NCBI GenBank assembly: GCA_043750895.1
Contig: JAYVAS010000249.1
Span: forward strand, 1 to 11,557
DNA length: 11,557 nucleotides
Source of the DNA: Pseudomonadota bacterium
Lineage (GTDB): Bacteria; Myxococcota_A; UBA796; SXON01
Direction: 5' to 3'
In this document: positions 1 to 6,333 of the stretch, one piece after another
Position numbering within the stretch: the first letter of the stretch is position 1
Layout of the letters: each line of letters starts with the position of its first letter
Program-made: the position numbers and the translations under genes
The notes under the pieces: generated by a model
The model's database searches: none
What the model was told of the DNA's origin: nothing
Seen by the model: only the letters and a program-made list of their open reading frames with translations

Positions 1-1112
1 GCGGTGTCCAGGAACACGGCACCCTCGAGCGGCCCGTAGATCGGGTGTCGCAACTCGATTTGGCCGGCAAAGAGGGTGTCGTCCCGCCAACGCCCGGTGG
101 GGGCTCCGCGTAGCAGGTTGGCCCCGCCGGCGTCGGGCAGGCGCCAGTACGGGGTGTCCGGAAGCGGGGCGGTGGCGCCATAGCCGCGCACTGCCAAGGT
201 ACCGCCCGCGAGCCGCGGTGCGGCGCGCACGTCGACCGCGACCAGGAGGTGGGCATAGGTGCCGAAGTTCGCCTCGCTGGCCAGCCGTGCGCTGGCGGCG
301 GGGCCCATGGCGCTGAGCGTGAGATAGGGACCAGCCTCCCAGGCGTCGGTGCCCGACTCGCGTTCGGCGCGCGCCGTTGCGCCGACTTGGAGCGTGAGGT
401 CTCCAACCCGGCTCGCGACCCCGGTGGAGAATTTCTCCACCGCGGTGGTGTAACGTGTTTGGTTTCCCGCAAACCAGGCGTACCCGACGGTGCGCGCGGC
501 GGCCGCCGACGCTTGCCACGAAAATGGCCCGTGGGTGGTGACGCTGCCGGCGACCGAGCGGCCACCCAGAGAGTCGATCGCGGCGCTCGCGTCCAGGCGG
601 TGTTGGTCCCAGAACAGGTCGGGGTGGGAGAACCGGGCGCTGACCCCGACCCCAGACCCGGCCGCCCCGGACAACCCCACCCCAACCACCCAGGTACCCG
701 GGTCCTCGGGGCGGGCTCCGGACCGGGCGATACGGGCGCGGGCGTAGGCGGCATCGAGGGGGTTGCCGACCAATCCGCCCGGGACGCGGTCCGGGTTCGC
801 CTCCACGAACGCGGGCATGTAGAGATTCCAGTCGGCCCAGGCCACCTCGCACCAGGGCTCCGTCTCCGGACACGCCGCGAGCGCTCGGTTCAACCGGGCC
901 TCGTGCACGAAGGGCCCGAGGTTCCCGGAGACCGTCAGCAGGCGAATCCGTGCCATCGCTTCGGCGGCCCGACCCACGGGTGAGGTGTCCGCGGCGTCCA
1001 GGGCGCGGCGCCAGGCGTCGCGGGCCGTCTTCCGGTCGCCAGTCCACCACGCTTCGTCGCCGACCTCGATCTCGGCGATGGCGACGACCTCACTCACCGT
1101 CACCCTGCACAT
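1..1112 (-). CDS. Omp85/BamA-family (bacterial surface antigen)-like outer-membrane beta-barrel protein; N-terminal about 370 aa in window, gene runs past position 1
   Basis: I translated the minus strand by hand in the frame with codons at plus positions 3n..3n+2. It gives a continuous ORF with strong GC3 bias from ATG at 1112-1110 (an in-frame TGA at 1157-1155 blocks any extension; alternative GTG at 1097-1095) to the window edge. The product reads MCRVTVSEVVAIAEIEVGDEAWW...GTWVVGVGLSGAAGSGVGVSARFS...TVGYAWFAGNQTRYTTAVEKFSTGVASRVGDLTLQVGA...TLAVRGYGATAPLPDTPYWRLPDAGGANLLRGAPTGRWRDDTLFAGQIELRHPIYGPLEGAVFLDT. It shows alternating hydrophobic beta-strand patterning and an (V)RGY...ELR.P...L.GAVF.D motif resembling the C-terminal Bac_surface_Ag barrel signature. 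It overlaps the upstream sulfatase-family gene stop by 23 nt. It is not in the ORF track because there is no in-window stop. No signal peptide is visible, which lowers confidence in the product call. Confidence 0.5.
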   Translation of the reverse strand, partial: MCRVTVSEVVAIAEIEVGDEAWWTGDRKTARDAWRRALDAADTSPVGRAAEAMARIRLLTVSGNLGPFVHEARLNRALAACPETEPWCEVAWADWNLYMPAFVEANPDRVPGGLVGNPLDAAYARARIARSGARPEDPGTWVVGVGLSGAAGSGVGVSARFSHPDLFWDQHRLDASAAIDSLGGRSVAGSVTTHGPFSWQASAAAARTVGYAWFAGNQTRYTTAVEKFSTGVASRVGDLTLQVGATARAERESGTDAWEAGPYLTLSAMGPAASARLASEANFGTYAHLLVAVDVRAAPRLAGGTLAVRGYGATAPLPDTPYWRLPDAGGANLLRGAPTGRWRDDTLFAGQIELRHPIYGPLEGAVFLDT

Positions 1113-2589
1113 ACCCCAGCGCTTCGAGTTGGCCTCGGACGTCTTCGGAGACGGTCACGTCGATGGCGGGCCGCTCCCCGAGGTACTCGAGCTGACCGGG
1201 CGCGTTGGGCGTCAACAGGGTGCGGCGGCGGGGACCATTGTTGGTGGTCAGCTCGGCCGTGGGGGGCCAGATCATGAACCGCAGCGGTGGTTCGGGCCGC
1301 GCCACCCGCACCCCGTCGTTCACCACCATCCCGTTGGTCCACAGGCTCCCCTCGGTCCACTGCCAGGGCGCGCCGAGCTGGCGCAGCACCGAGGTGGTGA
1401 GGCGCGTCACGTCGTCGGGCCGCTCCCGCGCGAGGTCGCGGTGTTCGGTCGGGTCGGTGACGTGATCGTAGAGGTCGGCGCTGCCCCGGGTGAGGTCCAG
1501 GTCGAGGCGCAGCGCCCCTTCGCTCACCGAGAGGCGTCGGGTCTTGAAGCGGGAGGTCTCGGCGTAGAACGGTCGAACGGGCACCGGTCCGCGCAGGTCC
1601 ACCCCGTCCCCGCCCAGCCCCGGGATCCCGGCGAGCGCCGCGATGGTGGCGGAGATGTCGACGGTGCCCACCCGCTCGGATCGCACGGCGGGGGGGATGC
1701 CGGGCCCGGCGACCACGAGCGGGATGTCCAGCACCTCGGGGTGCAGCGTGTGGGCGTGGCCCCAGCTGCCGTGGTCCATGAACTCCTCGCCGTGGTCCGC
1801 CAGCACGATGAAGGTGACGGGTCGGGTCCACGCGGCGATCAGCCGGCCCAGCTCGGCGTCGAGCCACGCGATCGACTCGTCGTACTGGTCGGTCTGGAGC
1901 TGGAGCGCTTCGGGGGTGAGCGGGTTGGCCTTGTACCAGGCGTAGGTGCGGTACCGGACCTCCTTGGCGCTCCGCGCCGGGTCGTACTTCCTGTTGTACG
2001 GGGCGGGCGGCAGGTAGGGGTAGTGGGCGTCGTAGGTGTGTAGGAACAGGAAGGCGGGCTGACCGGGCGGGAGGCCCTTCACCCAACCCAGCGCCTTTTC
2101 CACCGAGTCCGCGGTGTGGACCGGGTGATCGAGGTTGGAGCGCTCGGTGATGTTGCCGTCGTCCCACAGCGAGAAGCCGCGGGAGAACCCGAACAGGCGC
2201 GAGACGTACACCGTGGAGGTCAGACCCGCGGTGGCCCATCCGGCGGCGCTCAGGCGCTCCTGCACCATCGGGACCGACGGAGAGAGCGCGTAGACGTCGT
2301 CCACCACGAGGTGTTCGGTCGGCCACTTCCCGGTGAGCATGGTGAGGTGCGACGGGAGCGTCCACGGGGAGGGCGTACGCGCGTCGTCGAAGCGCTGACC
2401 CCTGGCCGCGAGCGCGTCGAGGTTCGGGGTCGTGTCGCGGGCGTAGCCGTAGGCGCCCACGTGGTCCTTTCGCAGCGAGTCGATGCTGATGAGGATGATG
2501 TCGGGCCGGGCCGGATCCCCGACCGGGAGCGAGGGTGGGGCCGGGGTGCAGCCGAGCAGCAGGCCTACCAGGATTGCCACGTGGGCCAT
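1090..2589 (-). CDS. Sulfatase/alkaline-phosphatase-superfamily lipoprotein (probable phospho-/sulfo-transferase or hydrolase; Thr at the nucleophile position)
   Basis: The track ORF is 1090..3045 (-), but its first 152 aa are Arg/Pro-rich low complexity that overlaps the GT gene. The internal ATG at 2589 (plus 'cat' 2587-2589) is followed immediately by a lipoprotein signal, MAHVAILVGLLLGC (lipobox LLGC). The N-terminal DIILISIDSLRKDHVGAYGY metal-binding motif and WTLPSHLTMLTG (compare sulfatase C-x-P-S-R-x-x-x-L-T-G) place it in the sulfatase/LTA-synthase/EptA superfamily. The nucleophile position holds Thr and the Arg is replaced by His. Stop is TGA at 1090-1092. The start overlaps the upstream GT stop by 25 nt. 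Confidence 0.8.
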   Translation of the reverse strand: MAHVAILVGLLLGCTPAPPSLPVGDPARPDIILISIDSLRKDHVGAYGYARDTTPNLDALAARGQRFDDARTPSPWTLPSHLTMLTGKWPTEHLVVDDVYALSPSVPMVQERLSAAGWATAGLTSTVYVSRLFGFSRGFSLWDDGNITERSNLDHPVHTADSVEKALGWVKGLPPGQPAFLFLHTYDAHYPYLPPAPYNRKYDPARSAKEVRYRTYAWYKANPLTPEALQLQTDQYDESIAWLDAELGRLIAAWTRPVTFIVLADHGEEFMDHGSWGHAHTLHPEVLDIPLVVAGPGIPPAVRSERVGTVDISATIAALAGIPGLGGDGVDLRGPVPVRPFYAETSRFKTRRLSVSEGALRLDLDLTRGSADLYDHVTDPTEHRDLARERPDDVTRLTTSVLRQLGAPWQWTEGSLWTNGMVVNDGVRVARPEPPLRFMIWPPTAELTTNNGPRRRTLLTPNAPGQLEYLGERPAIDVTVSEDVRGQLEALGYVQGDGE

Positions 2590-3914
2590 CCTGCGGGGAG
2601 GTAGCGGAGCATGTGGGCGAGGAGGAGCACCGTGACGAACACCCCGAGGACGCTCCGCGCCGAGCCGTTCCACAGCGTGCGCCAACCCTCCCGCGGAGAC
2701 GCGAGGAACCCGCCCGCGAAGACCAGCCAGAGCGGCTCGAGGGGGACGCGGTAGCGGGTCAGACCAGCCAGCGCGGCGATGGCGGCCACGTGGTAGAGCA
2801 CGATCAGGCCGGCGGTCACGGCGTACCACCCCCGCCCCCGGGTGAACCAGCCGATGGTGCCGCCCACCAGGGTCACGAAGCTGAAGCCGACGATGCCGAC
2901 GACGAGCGTCTCGTCGAACCAGGCGGGCAGCCCGCGCCAACGGCCCCACCGGAGGTGGCGGGTCAGCAGGGAGTGCGGGTTGAGCAGCTGGGCCACCCGC
3001 ACCGGCACGCGGGCGAGGAACTCCCCGGGGTTCGCCCGGATCCACGCCATGCCGGCGGCCGCCTCGCAGTCATCCTTCTTGATCGGGTTGCCGTCGCGCG
3101 GGCAGGTGGTCCGGCCACCGGCGATGGCCCGCTCGTAGGCGCGCGCAGACAGGGCGCCGTTCCCGACGTCGAAGGTGATGGGCGGGAAGGTGTTGTTGCC
3201 CAGGTACATCATCTGGCCCAGCGTGCGGTCGGCGAGCACGAACTCGCCCCACTTCTGGGTGGCGTAGGCGCTGTAGGGCGCGACCGTGAGCACGGCGCCG
3301 AGCGCGCAGGTGACGACGCCCCGCCACGCGGCCCGGTCTCGCCAACGCTCCCACAGCAGGGCGACGAAGAAGATGGGCAGCATGTAGGTGGCCACCCCCC
3401 GGAACAGGACGCAGAGACCGACCAGCAGGCCCGGGAGCCACCCGCGCCGACCTCCGCCGGCCCGCGCCCAGCGGAGGGCCAACATCGCGCCGAGCAGCAG
3501 GCCCGAGTAGAGCGTCTCGCTCCACAAGCTGGTGGTGTAGAAGATCAGCGTGGGGTTGAGCGCGTAGAGCCAGGCCGCGATGCGCCCGGCCCGGACCCCG
3601 CCCTGCTCGCGCGCGAGGTCGTTCAGCCAGACGACGCTGCACATCGCCATCACCAGCTGGGTGATCTGGACCGTGCCCGGATAGCCGAAGACGACCTCGT
3701 GGGCGGCCATGACCGCGGGGTAGGCGGGGGCCCAGAGCCAGCCGTGGGTGCCCACCATGCCCTCGCCCTTGAGCAGCGACTCCGCCAGATCCAGGTAGGT
3801 GCACTCGTCACGGACGCAGGGCTTGTCGACCCACACGATCATCGGCACGGCGCGCAGGAGCCCGGCGACCAGCACGGTCGTTCGCAGGGGAAGGTCCTTC
3901 CACCAGCTCCACAT
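2565..3914 (-). CDS. GT-C fold integral-membrane glycosyltransferase, ArnT/PMT-like (GT39/GT83-type)
   Basis: 449-aa ORF with ATG at 3914 and TAG at 2565-2567. It has many hydrophobic helices. The first extracytoplasmic loop carries the diagnostic DE motif (VWVDKPCVRDECTYLDLAESLLKGEG) typical of the PMT_2/ArnT family. The sequence is real-looking, whereas the 562-aa antisense ORF on the plus strand is low complexity. Confidence 0.75.
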   Translation of the reverse strand: MWSWWKDLPLRTTVLVAGLLRAVPMIVWVDKPCVRDECTYLDLAESLLKGEGMVGTHGWLWAPAYPAVMAAHEVVFGYPGTVQITQLVMAMCSVVWLNDLAREQGGVRAGRIAAWLYALNPTLIFYTTSLWSETLYSGLLLGAMLALRWARAGGGRRGWLPGLLVGLCVLFRGVATYMLPIFFVALLWERWRDRAAWRGVVTCALGAVLTVAPYSAYATQKWGEFVLADRTLGQMMYLGNNTFPPITFDVGNGALSARAYERAIAGGRTTCPRDGNPIKKDDCEAAAGMAWIRANPGEFLARVPVRVAQLLNPHSLLTRHLRWGRWRGLPAWFDETLVVGIVGFSFVTLVGGTIGWFTRGRGWYAVTAGLIVLYHVAAIAALAGLTRYRVPLEPLWLVFAGGFLASPREGWRTLWNGSARSVLGVFVTVLLLAHMLRYLPAGWPTWQSW

Positions 3915-3976
3915 CGCCCGGGAGCTAACCGTTCGGGCAGGGTGTCGGTGGGGGCGGATGTGTGTAGCCTGTTCCC

Positions 3977-5032
3977 ATGTGGCGCTGGCTGCTGGTCCTC
4001 CTCCTCGCCGTCACCGGTGTCGCCCGCGCCCAGCCGGTCTGGGCGCCCGCCCCGGAGGTCATGGCGGATGCGCCGTTCGTCGCTCCTCCCTCCGGCGGGT
4101 GGTGGACCGAAGACGGCGTGTACGCGCGGGTGCACGGTGACTCGGAGGACCGGGCCACCGTCCGTCGCCTGGCCGATCGGGCGGCGCACTCGGTGCCGCG
4201 GCTCGCCTCCCAATTGGGGGTGACGGCGGGGGGGCGTATCGACATCTACATCGCCGCCCCCGGCTCCTTCCACGAGATCCAGCCCGGCGCGCCCCCCGAC
4301 TGGGCGGACGGCACCGCCTGGCCCAAGTCGGGGCTCATCTTCCTCCACTCTCCGCGGGATCGGTCCGGCGTGGCGGCCTCGTTGGACGTGGTGCTCGATC
4401 ACGAGCTGGTCCACATCCTCCTCGGGCGCGCGTTCGCCCCCAAGGTCCCGCCGCGCTGGCTACAAGAGGGGATGGCCCAGTACTACGCCGGTGAGCTCGG
4501 CCCCTCCACCGCCGAGACCCTCTCCTCCGCCCACCTCGCCGGCGGGTTGATCCCGCTGGCGACCGTGGTGAGCGGCTTCCCCAAGGAGGTGGGGCTCGCG
4601 CGGCTGGCGTATGCGCAGTCCGCGGATCTCATCGGCTGGCTGGGGACGGAGTACGGGCGCGAGGCGCTCAAGGGCCTCGTCGCCGAGATGCGGGGCGGCG
4701 CGACGGCGCCCCAGGCGATCCTGCGGGTGACCGGCGAGGACATGGACACCATCGAGGCGAGATGGGCCTCGCAGTGGACCGACCCGATGCTGTGGGCCAA
4801 CGCGATCCTCACCTCCGGCATGCTCTGGGGGGTGCTCTCGGCGCTGCTGGTCTTCGGTGGCTGGCGGCGCTGGCGTCGCGGGAAGGAGAAGCTGGCGCGG
4901 TGGGAAGCTGAGGAGGAGCGTCAGCGGCGGTTGCGTGAGGCGGCGCTGGCGGCCCGGCTGGAGCTCGACGGCTACCGCGCCCCCGGTCCCGAGCCACGGC
5001 AGGTGCTGGAGTTCCGGGGGCCGGAGCAGTAG
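3977..5032 (+). CDS. Signal-peptide-bearing HExxH zinc metallopeptidase-like protein (Peptidase_MA_2-like) with C-terminal TM anchor and charged cytoplasmic tail
   Basis: ATG at 3977. The N-terminal signal is MWRWLLVLLLAVTGVARAQP. HELVHILLGRAF (HExxH) is followed by WLQEGMAQYYAG (a gluzincin-type third-ligand Glu motif). A C-terminal hydrophobic helix (ILTSGMLWGVLSALLVFGGW) is followed by an RRWRRGKEKLARWEAEEERQRRLREAALAARLE coiled-coil-like tail. It is divergent from the GT operon, with a 62-bp gap. Confidence 0.7.
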   Translation: MWRWLLVLLLAVTGVARAQPVWAPAPEVMADAPFVAPPSGGWWTEDGVYARVHGDSEDRATVRRLADRAAHSVPRLASQLGVTAGGRIDIYIAAPGSFHEIQPGAPPDWADGTAWPKSGLIFLHSPRDRSGVAASLDVVLDHELVHILLGRAFAPKVPPRWLQEGMAQYYAGELGPSTAETLSSAHLAGGLIPLATVVSGFPKEVGLARLAYAQSADLIGWLGTEYGREALKGLVAEMRGGATAPQAILRVTGEDMDTIEARWASQWTDPMLWANAILTSGMLWGVLSALLVFGGWRRWRRGKEKLARWEAEEERQRRLREAALAARLELDGYRAPGPEPRQVLEFRGPEQ

Positions 5033-5072
5033 CCCCAGCCGCATGGGTTAGTCCCCCCACCCCGGAGTCTCC

Positions 5073-6266
5073 ATGCGCATCTCGAACCGCGCCACGTCGA
5101 TCCAGGAGTCCGCGATCCGCAAGCTCGACGCGGCGGTGGGCCGCGCGAAGGGTGTGCACTTTCACAAGTTGAACATCGGCCAGCCGGACGTGCCGACGCC
5201 GCAGCCGATCCTCGACGCGCTGGCCCACGCCGACGGCCCCGTGCTCGCCTATGGGCCGGCCTCGGGCTTGCTCGAGTGTCGGGTCGCCGCGGCGGCGTTC
5301 CACGCACGAACCAGCCCCGGCCTGGGTCCGGAGCACGTGGTGGTCACCCAGGGTGGCTCCGAAGCCCTGCTGTTCGCGATGTGCGCGGTGTGCGATCCCG
5401 GGGACGAGATCCTCGTCCCCGAGCCCTACTACACCAACTACAACGGCTTCAGCACCGTGGCCGCCGCCAAGGTGGTGCCGGTCCGCACCCGCCTCGAAGA
5501 CGGCTTCGACATCCCGCCCGACGAGGTGCTCGACACCATGGTCACCCCCCGTACGCGGATGTTCCTGTTCGCGAACCCGGGCAACCCCACGGGCGCGGTC
5601 TACCAGGAGTCCACGCTGCGTCGGGTCGCCGCCTGGGCGCGCCGGCACAACCTCTGGCTCGTCGCCGACGAGGTCTACCGCGCGATCTGGTTCGACAAGC
5701 CGCCCCTGTCGGCCCTGGAGCTGGACGACCACCAGGACCACGTCATCGTCGTCGACTCGACCTCGAAGACCTTCTCCTCCTGCGGCCTGCGCATCGGCTT
5801 CTTCGTGTCCCGCAACGTCCAGCTCATGGAGCGGGTGGAGCGCCTCGGCCAGGCCCGCCTGGGCCCCCAGCCCCGGGCCCAACACGCCGCCATCGCCGCG
5901 CTCGGGCTCCCGCTCGACTTCTACGGCGAGGTGCGCAGCATCTACAAGCGCCGCGTGGACGCGATGATGGACGCCTTGGCCCGCCTGCCCGGCGTCGCCT
6001 ACCATCGCCCCGAGGGCGCCTTCTACACCATGGCGCGCCTCCCGGTGCCGGACACCGAGGCCTTCGCCCGGTTCATGGTCGAGGAGTTCCGCGATCACGA
6101 TTCGGGTCGCCCCGAGAGCGTGGTGGTCGCGCCGGGCCCCGGCTTCTACGCGGACCCCACCCAGGGCCGTGACCAGATCCGCCTCGCGGCGGTGCGGGAG
6201 GAGGCCGTCCTCACCCGGGCGATCGAGGTCCTCGGCAAGGGGATCGAGGCGTTTCGGGAGCGGTAG
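5073..6266 (+). CDS. PLP-dependent aminotransferase, class I/II (aspartate/aromatic aminotransferase family)
   Basis: GGAG lies 7 nt upstream of ATG 5073. The N-terminus is MRISNRATSIQESAIRKLDAA...NIGQPDVPTP, with ...GNPTGAVY... and SKTFSSCGLRIGF (the PLP-lysine SK motif), 397 aa. The antisense 429-aa ORF is rejected. Confidence 0.9.
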   Translation: MRISNRATSIQESAIRKLDAAVGRAKGVHFHKLNIGQPDVPTPQPILDALAHADGPVLAYGPASGLLECRVAAAAFHARTSPGLGPEHVVVTQGGSEALLFAMCAVCDPGDEILVPEPYYTNYNGFSTVAAAKVVPVRTRLEDGFDIPPDEVLDTMVTPRTRMFLFANPGNPTGAVYQESTLRRVAAWARRHNLWLVADEVYRAIWFDKPPLSALELDDHQDHVIVVDSTSKTFSSCGLRIGFFVSRNVQLMERVERLGQARLGPQPRAQHAAIAALGLPLDFYGEVRSIYKRRVDAMMDALARLPGVAYHRPEGAFYTMARLPVPDTEAFARFMVEEFRDHDSGRPESVVVAPGPGFYADPTQGRDQIRLAAVREEAVLTRAIEVLGKGIEAFRER

Positions 6267-6290
6267 TTGGTCACCGGCCCCCTCACCCGC

Positions 6291-6323
6291 CCTTCGGGCA
6301 CCCTCTCCCGGGAGGGAGAGGGG
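6291..6323. terminator. Bidirectional intrinsic-terminator-like GC hairpin between convergent genes
   Basis: gcccttcgggc (a 4-bp stem with a ttc loop) is immediately followed by ccctctccc-ggga-gggagaggg (a perfect 9-bp stem with a 4-nt loop, 6301-6322). It sits between the aminotransferase stop (6266) and the cyclase stop (6334-6336). There is no U-tract, which is common in high-GC genomes. Confidence 0.5.
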
Positions 6324-6333
6324 AAGAGGGTCC

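Noticed and set aside
249-2043. Plus-strand ORFs 249..983, 490..747, 950..1195, 985..2043, and minus ORF 1100..2365
   Set aside because: They are wrong-frame or antisense readings of the Omp85-like and sulfatase-family genes. Their translations are compositionally biased, and the real frames show domain motifs.
2590-3045. 152-aa N-terminal extension of the sulfatase-family ORF as given in the track (start 3045)
   Set aside because: The extension is Arg/Pro-rich and overlaps the GT-C gene in another frame. The internal ATG at 2589 is followed immediately by a lipoprotein signal peptide, so the shorter gene is called.
2535-4223. 562-aa plus-strand ORF antisense to the GT-C gene
   Set aside because: Its translation is Arg/Gly/Pro/Ala/Asp low complexity with no hydrophobic core or motifs. 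The opposite strand encodes a coherent polytopic membrane protein with a DE motif. It is a typical high-GC antisense ORF artefact.
4809-6098. 429-aa minus-strand ORF antisense to the aminotransferase (and ORFs 5251..5967, 5276..6172 in other plus frames)
   Set aside because: The aminotransferase frame has the PLP-lysine SK motif and canonical family motifs. The alternatives are Arg/Pro-rich noise.
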